NCBI GenBank assembly: GCA_041690595.1 | Contig: JAWLHB010000012.1 | Coordinates: forward strand, 36,785 to 100,784 | Reading direction: 5' to 3' | DNA: 64,000 nt | DNA from: Lentisphaeria bacterium | Lineage (GTDB): Bacteria > Verrucomicrobiota > Lentisphaeria > JABSQK01 > JAWLHB01 | Shown: positions 48,271-57,673 of the stretch, in pieces | How the letters are laid out: each line of letters starts with the position of its first letter | Numbering within the stretch: position 1 is the first letter of the stretch | Notes under the pieces: model-generated | The model's input: only the letters and a program-made list of their open reading frames with translations | Told to the model about the DNA's origin: nothing | The model's database searches: none | Position numbers and translations under genes: made by a program

Positions 48271-48842
48271 GCCAGGAAATAGTCGAAAAGCAGATAAAGT
48301 ACGTCTTTGGGGATTCCTGGCGAATTTTTAAGTACGACGAGCATCCTTTTTATACCGGCCGGCTGGTTCCACTAGCGGGAAAGGTCAAGAAGAAGACCGT
48401 CTCCACCACCGGCATCGATCTTGCTGGAAGCTGCGGCAATCGTCTATTCCTAGTCGAAATCAAGGATTTCGCAGGATTTCCACGTGAGCGAGCACGCATC
48501 ACCAGCGGCGAACTGGCACTGGAAATCGCCATCAAGGTGCGTGACTCCATCGCCGGCCTGATCGCCGGGGCTCACCACCCCAACTGCAAGCCTCACAAGA
48601 CATGGGAGGCCGTCGCTGATCACCTCTGCAACGCTCCCCACGCCATTCAAATTATTCTTTGGCTCGAGGTCGACATGCTGCCACCAGCCCTCAAGCATAA
48701 GCAGATGATGAGCACCTTTGGCAACCAGCTCAAGCAAAACATTCGCAATTGGTTACCAGCTAGCGTCTTCGTGCTCAATTTGCAGACGTACGAATCCATA
48801 ATACCAGACATGGAAGCTTTCCGCTTGAGCATGCCGGGATGA
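48267..48842 (+). CDS. Small (191 aa) protein of unknown family with a PD-(D/E)xK-like motif (putative nuclease partner of the ATPase)
   Basis: Start overlaps the ATPase stop (ATGA). TGIDLAGSCGNRLFLVEIKDF gives D-x12-E-x-K spacing typical of restriction-endonuclease-fold nucleases, with an upstream acidic YDEH. I recognised no other family. Confidence 0.5.
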   Translation: MSQEIVEKQIKYVFGDSWRIFKYDEHPFYTGRLVPLAGKVKKKTVSTTGIDLAGSCGNRLFLVEIKDFAGFPRERARITSGELALEIAIKVRDSIAGLIAGAHHPNCKPHKTWEAVADHLCNAPHAIQIILWLEVDMLPPALKHKQMMSTFGNQLKQNIRNWLPASVFVLNLQTYESIIPDMEAFRLSMPG

Positions 48843-48944
48843 ACTGGCCACTTTCGAATCGGCCAATACCAGCATCGCGAAACTGTCGGCAAAACTTCAT
48901 CGTAGTGTTTGACCTGCAACTCGCAGAAGATGCGATCTTTCGGC

Positions 48945-50312
48945 TCAGGAGCCTGTGCGCTTTGCGAGGCGGAGGGTGAAGGTGGAACCCTTTTCGAGCT
49001 GGCTTTCGACGGTGACGGTGCCACCGTGGACGCGCATGATGTGTTTCACGATCGACAAGCCAAGGCCGGTGCCGCCGCTCTGCCGGTCGCGGGATCGGTC
49101 CACGCGGTGAAAGCGCTCGAAGATGCGCTCCAAGTGTTCGCGGGGAATGCCGATGCCTTCGTCGCGCACCGTCAGGACGGCATGCTGCTGCTCCTCGCGC
49201 AGGCGAATCGTCACGGTCGCGCCATCCGGGCTGTACTTCACCGCATTGTCGATCAGATTGGCGATGGCCTGCTCGAGGAGGCGATGATTTGCGTAGACCT
49301 GGCATGGATCCAGCTCGACGATGGCGGCGATATTGCGCTCGCGCATCTTCGCTTCGTAAGGGCGCAGGGCATTGGCTGTCGTCACGGCCAGATCCTTCCG
49401 CTCGAACTCCTGGGCCACCCATCGGTCGGCTTGCTCCAGGCGCGAGAGGGTCAGCAGGTCATCGACGATGGCGTTGAGGCGCTCCGCCTGCTGCGCGATA
49501 ATGGTGACGAAGCGCATGGCCTGCTCGGGCGCCCCCTCCAGGCAGCCGCCCAGAGTTTCGATGAAGCCCTTGATGGAGGTGATCGGCGTTTTCAGCTCGT
49601 GGGAGACATTCGCCACGAACTCTTTGCGCATCTCTTCGAGGCGGCGCACCCGGGTGACGTCGTGCATCACCACCAGCGCTCCGGGGGCGGCCCCCTGCTC
49701 ATGGACGAATCGTACACCCGATAGCCGATAGACCGTGACAACGTCCGCCGTACCGCGAACCTCCATCTCCTGCTGCAGGTGATCGGCACCCTCCGTAAGC
49801 AGCTCATCGACGAAGTGGGTAAAGGTGGCATTGCGCACCACGGAAAAGAGGGGTCGTCCGGCAATGGATTCCTCATCGGACAAGCCGAAATAGAGATGGG
49901 CCGCCTGGTTCATCGCCAGGAGGTTCACCTCGTTATCGACCGCCAGAATGCCTTCTCGCATACCGGTGAAGAGGGCGATCCACTGCTGCTTCTCCAGTTG
50001 GAGATCGCTCACCTGGGTCTCCAGCGCTTCCGCCATCTCGTCGAAGGCAGCGGTCAAGGGAGCCAGCTCCAGCCACGGATTGGCCGGACTTCGCGCGCGC
50101 CAATCCCCCTTTCCCAGGCGCAGCAGCCGATCCTCGAGTTGCGCCTGCCAGTAGGTCAGGAGCCGGATCAGGAGGAGACTGACGAGCAAAATGCCGATAA
50201 TCGCCGTCACCGCCCCGATGAAGGGGCTCCAGAACAAGGCGCAGCCGCCCGCCAGCAGCAGAACCAGCAGGAGTCGATTCGCCAACCACCAGTATAGGGA
50301 TTGCCTGCGCAT
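48945..50312 (-). CDS. phoR: Phosphate-regulon sensor histidine kinase
   Basis: TM-PAS-HisKA (VANVSHELKTPITSIKGF)-HATPase. Immediately downstream of phoB/phoU/pst genes. Confidence 0.8.
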   Translation of the reverse strand: MRRQSLYWWLANRLLLVLLLAGGCALFWSPFIGAVTAIIGILLVSLLLIRLLTYWQAQLEDRLLRLGKGDWRARSPANPWLELAPLTAAFDEMAEALETQVSDLQLEKQQWIALFTGMREGILAVDNEVNLLAMNQAAHLYFGLSDEESIAGRPLFSVVRNATFTHFVDELLTEGADHLQQEMEVRGTADVVTVYRLSGVRFVHEQGAAPGALVVMHDVTRVRRLEEMRKEFVANVSHELKTPITSIKGFIETLGGCLEGAPEQAMRFVTIIAQQAERLNAIVDDLLTLSRLEQADRWVAQEFERKDLAVTTANALRPYEAKMRERNIAAIVELDPCQVYANHRLLEQAIANLIDNAVKYSPDGATVTIRLREEQQHAVLTVRDEGIGIPREHLERIFERFHRVDRSRDRQSGGTGLGLSIVKHIMRVHGGTVTVESQLEKGSTFTLRLAKRTGS

Positions 50313-50315
50313 GAA

Positions 50316-51011
50316 TCAATCCTTGAACCTGTAGCCGACTCCCCGGACCGTTTCGATCACCACTGCGTGATCGCCCAGTTTACGCCTCAGGGAGACGATG
50401 TGGACATCCACCGTTCGCTCGGTGATCAGGACGTCCTCGCCCTGCGCCTCGTCGATGATGCGCTGCCGTGTGTAGACACGCCCTGGGTTGGACGCCAGGA
50501 AGCGCAGGATCTTGAACTCGATCGGCGTCAAACAGGCTTCCTGTCCATGTACCAGCACTTCGTGCCGATTGGGGTTGATGGTGATGCTGCCGCGCGTCAG
50601 CACCGGCTGATCCTCGGTCGACGCGGGCTCACTCTCGGCCCGACGCCGCAGGACCGCCTTGAGGCGCGCCAGGAGCACCCTAGGGCTAAATGGCTTGGTG
50701 ACATAGTCATCGGCCCCGACTCCCAGCCCGATCACCTCATCCGTCTCCTCGCTTTTCGCGGTCAGCATGACTACCGGAACTCGCTTCAGGCGGTCGTCGC
50801 TGCGCAGCTTGTAGCATACCTGATAGCCATCGATGCCGGGCAGCATGAGGTCGAGGATGATCAGATCGGGTGGGTGGGCCTGGGCCAGGCGCAGGCCAAG
50901 CTCGCCATCGCCAGCCAGCTCCACGTCATAGCCGTCATTCTCCAGATTGAATTTGAGCAGCTCGCGGATCGACTCTTCGTCTTCAACGACCAGCACTCTG
51001 GTTTTTGCCAT
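50316..51011 (-). CDS. phoB: Phosphate-regulon response regulator (OmpR/PhoB winged-helix)
   Basis: Receiver (VLVVEDEESIRELL...DLIILDLMLPGIDG) plus OmpR-type C-terminal domain (…VSLRRKLGDHAVVIETVRGVGYRF). Confidence 0.8.
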   Translation of the reverse strand: MAKTRVLVVEDEESIRELLKFNLENDGYDVELAGDGELGLRLAQAHPPDLIILDLMLPGIDGYQVCYKLRSDDRLKRVPVVMLTAKSEETDEVIGLGVGADDYVTKPFSPRVLLARLKAVLRRRAESEPASTEDQPVLTRGSITINPNRHEVLVHGQEACLTPIEFKILRFLASNPGRVYTRQRIIDEAQGEDVLITERTVDVHIVSLRRKLGDHAVVIETVRGVGYRFKD

Positions 51012-51716
51012 CTATCCCTCCCTTGCCTGCCGTCTGGGCAGGTCATTCCTGTTGTTCTCGTCTTCCAGATGGTGACGAATGATGCGTCCTTCCACCATGT
51101 AGAAGACATCCTCCGCGATATTGGTGGCATAGTCGGCGATACGCTCAACGCTGCGGGAGACAGAGATCAGGAAAAGATAAGCCGGCGCGTTCTCCGGCTC
51201 CGCGATCACCTGCCGCCGAAGCCCGTGGATCAACTCCACATTCAATTCATCAATAGCGTCATCCTGCCGGCAGACCTGCCGCGCCAGGGTTGAATCCGCA
51301 TTGACCATCGCATTCAGGCTGAGCCGCACCTGGTTGAGTGCCTTGGTGAAAATGGTGCGAAAACGATCGGGCACCGTGACTGGATCGAGCTTGGCGATCT
51401 CGATCACGTACTCGGCGATGTTGACCGACAGATCCCCCATCCGCTCCAGGTCGTTGTTCATCTTGAGGACCCCGACCACCATGCGCAGATCGGCGGCCAC
51501 CGGCTGATAGAGCGCCATGATCTTCAGGCAGTCCTCCTCGATGTCCACCTCCAACTCGTCAATCACGGTATCGTTGGCGACGACCGCCCGGGCCTTGGCG
51601 GTATCGAGATCGGCCAGGGCCTCGTAACTCAGTTCGATGCTCTGCTCCACCTCGGCGCTAAGCTCGACGATGCGCTTCTTGAGCTTAGTGGTTTCGCGCT
51701 GCAAATGTGTTATCAT
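51012..51716 (-). CDS. phoU: Phosphate-transport system regulatory protein PhoU
   Basis: Two PhoU repeats (…DDAIDELNVEL…, …DLERMGDLSVNIAEYV…). Confidence 0.85.
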   Translation of the reverse strand: MITHLQRETTKLKKRIVELSAEVEQSIELSYEALADLDTAKARAVVANDTVIDELEVDIEEDCLKIMALYQPVAADLRMVVGVLKMNNDLERMGDLSVNIAEYVIEIAKLDPVTVPDRFRTIFTKALNQVRLSLNAMVNADSTLARQVCRQDDAIDELNVELIHGLRRQVIAEPENAPAYLFLISVSRSVERIADYATNIAEDVFYMVEGRIIRHHLEDENNRNDLPRRQAREG

Positions 51717-51737
51717 GCCATATCTACCTTGTGAGGG

Positions 51738-52523
51738 TTATCCAAAGCGTCCAGAGATGTAGTCTTCCGTCTGTCTCTCGCCGGGATTGCGGAAGATCTT
51801 CTCGGTGAAATCGTACTCGATGAGCTTGCCCAAGTAAAAGAATGCGGTACGATCGGAAACGCGTGATGCCTGCTGCATGTTGTGCGTCACAATAACGATG
51901 GTAAAGTCTTGCTTCAACTCCAGGATGAGTTCCTCGATGCGACTGGTGGCGATGGGATCGAGGGCGCTGCATGGTTCGTCCATGAGAACGATCTCGGGCT
52001 CGTTGGCAATCGCTCTTGCGATGCAGAGGCGCTGCATCTGCCCGCCCGACATGCTCAGCGCGCTCTCGTCCAGCCGGTCTTTGACCTCGTCCCAGAGAGC
52101 TGCCGAACGCAGGCTGCGCTCGACGACCTCGTCCAGATCGCGCTTCTGTTTGCGACCGGCCACCCGCAGCCCGAAGACCACATTTTCATAGATCGACTTG
52201 GGAAAGGGATTCGACTTCTGGAAGACCATCCCCACCCGTCGGCGCAGCCCGATGACATCACGCAGTGGATCGTAGACGCTGTGCCCGTTGATCAGAATAT
52301 CCCCGTGATGATGAACCCCGTCGATCAGGTCGTTCATGCGGTTAATGCTCCGCAGCAGGGTAGATTTACCGCACCCGGACGGGCCGATGAAGGCGACGAT
52401 TTCGCGCTCCGGAATCTTCAGATTGTTCCCGAAGAGAACCTGATTATCGCCGTACCAGAAGTCGTAGTTCTGGATATCGATGATCGGGTTCTCGATGGTG
52501 GTTGCCGCACTCTTGTTGATCAT
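51738..52523 (-). CDS. pstB: Phosphate ABC transporter ATP-binding protein
   Basis: [25 protein letters not shown]-type signature, Walker B. ATG 52523 with upstream GGAG preferred over 52556. Confidence 0.9.
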   Translation of the reverse strand: MINKSAATTIENPIIDIQNYDFWYGDNQVLFGNNLKIPEREIVAFIGPSGCGKSTLLRSINRMNDLIDGVHHHGDILINGHSVYDPLRDVIGLRRRVGMVFQKSNPFPKSIYENVVFGLRVAGRKQKRDLDEVVERSLRSAALWDEVKDRLDESALSMSGGQMQRLCIARAIANEPEIVLMDEPCSALDPIATSRIEELILELKQDFTIVIVTHNMQQASRVSDRTAFFYLGKLIEYDFTEKIFRNPGERQTEDYISGRFG

Positions 52524-52536
52524 GCTTGTAACTCCG

Positions 52537-54246
52537 TCAAAAAGCGCTGGTTGCATACTTGCGCCGCAAGTGTTCTCGAATGATGATGGCGGTCAGGTTG
52601 AGCACCACCACCAGCGCGATAAGCAGAAGCGCCGTCGCGAAAACCATGGGTTTGGCCGCCTCGGCGTCAGGTGATTGAAAACCGAGATCGTAGATGTGAA
52701 AGCCCAGGTGCATGAACTTCTGGTCGAGGTGGATAAACGGATAGTTGCTGTTGACGGGCAGTTCCGGGGCAATCTTCACCACGCCTACCAGCATCAGCGG
52801 CGCCACCTCGCCCGCGCCGCGGGCCATGGCCAGAATGACGCCGGTCAGGACGCCGGGCGCCGCCGCCGGCAGAACGACCCGCTGAATGGTCTGCCAACGC
52901 GAAGCGCCGCAGGCCAGGGCGCCTTCCCGCGTTCCCCGCGGCACCGCCGCCAGCGCTTCCTCCGAGGCGACGATGACCACTGGCACCGTCAGCAGCGCCA
53001 GCGTCAGCGAGGCCCAAAGAATGCCTCCCGTGCCGAAGGTGGCGGTCGGCAGCCGGTCCGCATAGAACAGCTCGTCGATCGTACCACCCATCCCCCAGAC
53101 AAAGAAGCCGAGTCCGAAGACACCGAAGACGATCGAGGGCACGCCAGCCAGATTGTTGATGGCGATGCGTACCATGGCGACCATCGTCCCCTGTTTGGCA
53201 TACTCCCGCAGGTAGATCGCGGCCACCACCCCGAAAGGGGTCACCAGCATGCTCATCAGTACCGTCATCACGAAGGTACCGAAGATAGCCGGCCAGATGC
53301 CCCCTTCGGTATTCGCCTCCCGCGGCTCCTCCGAGACGAAGCGCCATATCTGCCAGAGGAAGTGGCCCAGCCGCTGCAGCAGGTTCATCTCGTTCGGGTA
53401 GGTGTAGTCGATCACCTCCCCCATGCTGATCTCGTGTTCGCCACCGCTGACCAGCCGATAAACCAGCCGCTGCCGGTTCAGCTTTTCGCGTAATTCTTTC
53501 AATTGCGCTTCGAGGACCTCGAACTCCACCTGCAACGCGGCCAGGCGGGCTGTCAGCGCCTCCCGTTTCGGCGTGTCGGTCGCACCGCCCGATGCCTCGG
53601 CACGATTCATGGAGCGCAGCTCCAGGTTGATCGCGGTCATCGCCGTATTGATGCGGCCGATCTCCTTTCGATCCAGCTGGTGAATCTGCCGCCGCCCATC
53701 GCTCACCTCATCCAGTGCCGCCGCCAGCGCCTCGCGAAAGCCGTCCGACGCGGCTTTTATCTCGGTGCCGTCAGCCGAACGCAGGGCCACGGGCAACGCG
53801 AGCACATCGCCATACTCAGCCCGTTCGATGGCGATGGCATCCGGCAGCAGTTCCATCTCCGCGATGAAGCTGGTGTCAATCCAGATAAAGGAGCCGTCAT
53901 AGAGCTCGCGGCTGCCAATGAAGAACTGCGTCTCTTTCTGAGCGGGAGCGAGATCTCCTTGCGCATCCATCTCCCGGCTCATCTTCCGGCGGCTCTCCAC
54001 GAGCACTCCCGCGAAGCGCGGCTCCTCGCCGAATCGTCGCTGCAGCGCCGTCAGCACCGGCTCTGGAAGATCCTTCGCCAGTTCCACGGCCATGATCGGC
54101 TTCGGCCAGAAGACGTTGAGCCCCTTGACGACGATCAGCCCCAGCATCAGGACAATCATGAGCAGCCCGATCGTGATGCCCATCGACGTCAGCCATACCC
54201 AGGCTTCCCCCTTCGGCTGAACCAACTGTTTGCCTTTCTCAGTCAT
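52537..54246 (-). CDS. pstA: Phosphate ABC transporter permease PstA, long form with N-terminal coiled-coil/periplasmic insertion
   Basis: C-terminal region matches PstA (…[17 protein letters not shown]…). ATG 54246 with GGGAG 7 nt upstream chosen. Confidence 0.8.
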   Translation of the reverse strand: MTEKGKQLVQPKGEAWVWLTSMGITIGLLMIVLMLGLIVVKGLNVFWPKPIMAVELAKDLPEPVLTALQRRFGEEPRFAGVLVESRRKMSREMDAQGDLAPAQKETQFFIGSRELYDGSFIWIDTSFIAEMELLPDAIAIERAEYGDVLALPVALRSADGTEIKAASDGFREALAAALDEVSDGRRQIHQLDRKEIGRINTAMTAINLELRSMNRAEASGGATDTPKREALTARLAALQVEFEVLEAQLKELREKLNRQRLVYRLVSGGEHEISMGEVIDYTYPNEMNLLQRLGHFLWQIWRFVSEEPREANTEGGIWPAIFGTFVMTVLMSMLVTPFGVVAAIYLREYAKQGTMVAMVRIAINNLAGVPSIVFGVFGLGFFVWGMGGTIDELFYADRLPTATFGTGGILWASLTLALLTVPVVIVASEEALAAVPRGTREGALACGASRWQTIQRVVLPAAAPGVLTGVILAMARGAGEVAPLMLVGVVKIAPELPVNSNYPFIHLDQKFMHLGFHIYDLGFQSPDAEAAKPMVFATALLLIALVVVLNLTAIIIREHLRRKYATSAF

Positions 54247-54265
54247 ACAATCTCCCGCCCCGAAG

Positions 54266-56542
54266 CTAGATAGTCTTGTACTTGCCACGCAGGTGCTGAC
54301 GCAGCAGCTCTGCCATGGTATTGACGATGAAGGTCATGAGGAAGAGCAGAAATCCACCCAGAAAGAGTGTGCGGTAGAGGGTTCCTTCTTTCGGCGCTTC
54401 CGGCAGCTCGACGGCGATATTGGCGGAGAGCGTGCGCATGCCCGAGAAGATGTTGAGGTCGAGGAGCGGGGTATTGCCCGTCGCCATCAGGACAATCATG
54501 GTCTCGCCAACCGCCCGCCCCAGGCCGATCATAATCGCGGAGAAGATGCCCGCCGACGCGGTGGGCAGCACCACCCTTAACGCCGTCTGCCAGCGACTAG
54601 CGCCCAATGCCAGCGAGGCGCTGCTCAGGCTCCGCGGCACGTTCGACAGCGCATCCTCCGCGATGGTGAAGATGATCGGGATGACGGCGAAACCCATGAT
54701 AAAGCCGACCACCAGCGCATTGCGCTGCTCGAAGCGGTTCCCCGTCACCGCCGGCCACCAGAGTCGGAAATCAGCCACCTTCCGCCCGGCGTCCGTCTCG
54801 ATGACGAAAAAGATGCGCTCGATGACGGGTCCCAGATACCAGGCCGCGATCCAGGTCAGCACCAGGATCGGCAGAAAGCCGATGAACTCGAATCCATCGG
54901 GACAAAGCAGGCGTGTCCGCTTTGGCAGCCTTGACCAGAGCGCGCCAGAGAACATCGCTACCACGGGTATCGCGATCACGAAGAGCAGAAAGCTCGGCAC
55001 CCGCGTCTCGACGATCGGCGCCAGCCACAGCGCCGCCAGAAAACCCAGGACTACCGACGGCAGCGACGCCATGATCTCCATCGTCGGCTTCACGTAGCTC
55101 TTGAATTTGGGATGTTGAAACTGGGAGACGTATATCGCCCCCAGCAGCGCTATCGGCACCGCGAAGAGCAGCGCGTAGATCGTCCCCTTGAAGGTCCCGA
55201 CGATCAGCGGTATCATCGACAACTTCGGCTCGAAATCGTCGCTCGCGCCCGTTGACTGCCATTTGTACTCGGGCTCGGGATTTCCTTCGTACCAGATGCG
55301 GCTGAAGTAGGCGGCGAAGCCGGCTTCCGGATGGGGATCGTTCAGCGAGAAGAGGTGCAAGTTGGACTGATTATCGAGCAGCAGGATCCTGTCGTACTTG
55401 CCGGAGACTGCCGCCAGCCGCGGCTCATAGTCGAGCCGCTTCTTCCAGCGAACGGATGCCGTCGTCGCATAACGCAGGCTCACCTGGTTGCCATGGCCGA
55501 TAAGGAAGCCCTTGTTCCGCAAGCTTTTGGCGTAGACACTGGGCGCCCCTTCCAGCGGCGGAAACTCCTTCGTCTTTCCCCAGAGCATCTTGCCGACATC
55601 GTCGTGCATATAGAGGCTGAAGCCATAGCTCACCCCGTCGCTGTTGGTGAAGAGCACCGTCGTGTCGCCGAAGAGAAAGTTCATTTTTGCCAGCGGGGCA
55701 GCGTCGCTGCCCTCGAAGGGGCGAATCAGTTGCCGCAGCTCCACTTCGCCCGCCACAAACTGGAAGTAAGCCACCTCGTCGCGATCGTTCCGCACAAGGA
55801 TGCTGCGCCCATTCTGGCTGACCAGCACCTCTTGCGGCACACCGGGCAGCTCCGCCGTCAGATCCATCATCAGGCCGACTTCGATCTCCCCCGGCCCCAT
55901 CAGCGACATCGTCTGCGTCAGGGTGGCCATACGCAAGTGCCTCTCTCCGTCCGCGCCTTCCGTGATGCCGACGATCACCTTGCTCCGATCGGCCCCCGCA
56001 TAGGCGATCGCCAAAATCGCCTCGCCCCGCTCCCCCAGCGGATACATGTTGCCGGGCCGAAGCTCGACATCCACAACCCGGCTGCCTGTCGAGAAGTTGG
56101 CCGAGTAGACGATGTCCACGATGACGAACTCACCCAGCGCCGTTCCGTAGATCAACTGCTGCGTCTCCTGCCCATACGTCACCGAGGTCACCTGGTGATC
56201 GCGGAGGAAGTCAAGCTCTGGAACCAGCGTTTCCGTCCCTTCGTCGAGTCCCGGAAAGAGCAGCCGACCATCCCGGCGAAGAACGAAGGGCCGCTCGGTC
56301 CATTCATCCACGCCCAGCGCCAGGTAATCACCCGGGGGGATGGCCGCGGTGCGCAGTTCCTTGATCTGCGCACCGCGGAAGAGCGGCAGAATTTCAAGCA
56401 GGATGAAGACGAAGATGAGCATCACGGTGAGGATAACCAGAAGACCGCCCGCGCGGATGAACTGGTTCATGAACTTGTCCGCCATCAGCGTCACCTTCGA
56501 CGCCGCGAAGCGGTTCTCCCATTGCTTGTCTCGCTTCATCAT
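54266..56542 (-). CDS. pstC: Phosphate ABC transporter permease PstC, long form (~758 aa) with large extracytoplasmic insertion
   Basis: C-terminal permease core (…GLGRAVGETMIVLMATGN…) is typical of PstC. The N-terminal half is an extra beta-rich domain. Confidence 0.8.
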   Translation of the reverse strand: MMKRDKQWENRFAASKVTLMADKFMNQFIRAGGLLVILTVMLIFVFILLEILPLFRGAQIKELRTAAIPPGDYLALGVDEWTERPFVLRRDGRLLFPGLDEGTETLVPELDFLRDHQVTSVTYGQETQQLIYGTALGEFVIVDIVYSANFSTGSRVVDVELRPGNMYPLGERGEAILAIAYAGADRSKVIVGITEGADGERHLRMATLTQTMSLMGPGEIEVGLMMDLTAELPGVPQEVLVSQNGRSILVRNDRDEVAYFQFVAGEVELRQLIRPFEGSDAAPLAKMNFLFGDTTVLFTNSDGVSYGFSLYMHDDVGKMLWGKTKEFPPLEGAPSVYAKSLRNKGFLIGHGNQVSLRYATTASVRWKKRLDYEPRLAAVSGKYDRILLLDNQSNLHLFSLNDPHPEAGFAAYFSRIWYEGNPEPEYKWQSTGASDDFEPKLSMIPLIVGTFKGTIYALLFAVPIALLGAIYVSQFQHPKFKSYVKPTMEIMASLPSVVLGFLAALWLAPIVETRVPSFLLFVIAIPVVAMFSGALWSRLPKRTRLLCPDGFEFIGFLPILVLTWIAAWYLGPVIERIFFVIETDAGRKVADFRLWWPAVTGNRFEQRNALVVGFIMGFAVIPIIFTIAEDALSNVPRSLSSASLALGASRWQTALRVVLPTASAGIFSAIMIGLGRAVGETMIVLMATGNTPLLDLNIFSGMRTLSANIAVELPEAPKEGTLYRTLFLGGFLLFLMTFIVNTMAELLRQHLRGKYKTI

Positions 56543-56560
56543 CCGATATCGACCCCGCGG

Positions 56561-57517
56561 TTACTGGAGTTGGTCGAGTGTCTGTTTGGCAATGGAAGCC
56601 GGGATGGGGAAATAGCCATCCTTGACGACGATTTCCTGCCCTTCCTTGCTCAGGACGAAGGTGAAGAACTCCTTCACCAGCAGATCGATCTTTTCGTTCG
56701 GCGAATCATTGACATAGACATAGAGGAAACGCGCCAGCGGATACTTGCCGTTCAGCGCATTCTCGGATGTGGGCTCAGCCCCCTCGCCGCCTTCCTTGGA
56801 CAGCTTTACCGCCCGCACACCGGAGGTCATGTAGCCGATTCCCGAGTAACCGATGCCACCCAGATCGCTCGCGATCCCCTGCACCACGGCGGAAGATCCG
56901 GGCTGCTCCTTGACCGTCCCGCGGAAGTCCCCCTTGGCGAGCGCGTTCTCCTTGAAGAAGCCGTAGGTTCCCGAGGCGCTGTTGCGGCCATAGAGGGAGA
57001 TCGGCAGGGCTGCCCACTGTCCCGTCAGCCCCAGATCGCCCCAGTTCGTTATCTCCTTGCCCCCGAGCTTGCGGGTGCTCGAGAACATGCCGTCGATCTC
57101 CTTCATGCTCAACGATTCAATCGGGTTGTCCTTGTGCACGAAAACGGCCAGCGCGTCAATGGCCACCTTGATCTCCGTCGGTTTGTAGCCGTGCTGCGCC
57201 TCGAACTTGTCCAGCTCGGTCGATTTCATGGCGCGGCTCATGGGCCCCAGTTGCGCGGTACCCTCGATCAATGCCGGTGGGGCGGTGGACGATCCCTTGC
57301 CTTCGATCCCGATGCGGACATTGGGGTAGATCTTGCGGAACCCCTCCGCCCAGAGCGCCATCAGGTTGTTCAGCGTATCCGAGCCCACGCTGTTGAGATT
57401 GCCAGACACGCCACTGACCGGCTTGTACGACGGAAGATCCGGATCGACCTTCACTTGCGCGCTCGCCAGCCCCAGCGTCAACACCATGACATAAAGAGAA
57501 ACTATCACTTTCTTCAT
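56561..57517 (-). CDS. pstS: Phosphate-binding protein PstS (periplasmic)
   Basis: Signal peptide MKKVIVSLYVMVLTLGLASA from ATG 57517 (AGGAG 8 nt upstream). …SGTYGFF… PBP motif. Confidence 0.85.
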   Translation of the reverse strand: MKKVIVSLYVMVLTLGLASAQVKVDPDLPSYKPVSGVSGNLNSVGSDTLNNLMALWAEGFRKIYPNVRIGIEGKGSSTAPPALIEGTAQLGPMSRAMKSTELDKFEAQHGYKPTEIKVAIDALAVFVHKDNPIESLSMKEIDGMFSSTRKLGGKEITNWGDLGLTGQWAALPISLYGRNSASGTYGFFKENALAKGDFRGTVKEQPGSSAVVQGIASDLGGIGYSGIGYMTSGVRAVKLSKEGGEGAEPTSENALNGKYPLARFLYVYVNDSPNEKIDLLVKEFFTFVLSKEGQEIVVKDGYFPIPASIAKQTLDQLQ

Positions 57518-57642
57518 TTGCAGGACTCCTCTACCAAATGTAGGTTTCGCAGGATTCGAGAAGGGGATAGATGATATCATCCCTTCCAGAAGTAGTATGC
57601 CCCCACTCTGCCTGGCTACCATGGCTTCAGCGCAAGGGATGA

Positions 57643-57672
57643 GTTAAGGAACCGTTAAGGAATTATTAAGAC
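57643..57672. promoter_or_regulatory. Pho-box-like element: GTTAAGGAA repeated at 11-bp phase (GTTAAGGAAcc GTTAAGGAAtt aTTAAGacg) in the divergent pstS/nagA-like promoter region
   Basis: Two exact 9-mers and a third partial copy at exact 11-bp spacing (57643, 57654, 57665), ~125-150 bp upstream of the pstS start. Confidence 0.45.
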
Positions 57673-57673
57673 G

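Noticed and set aside
48843-48944. Rho-independent terminator between the convergent small-protein and phoR genes
   Set aside because: No stable GC-rich stem followed by a T-run was found on either strand.
55331-57574. 747-aa + strand ORF
   Set aside because: It spans the pstC/pstS junction on the opposite strand and so cannot be a gene. It is an antisense artefact.
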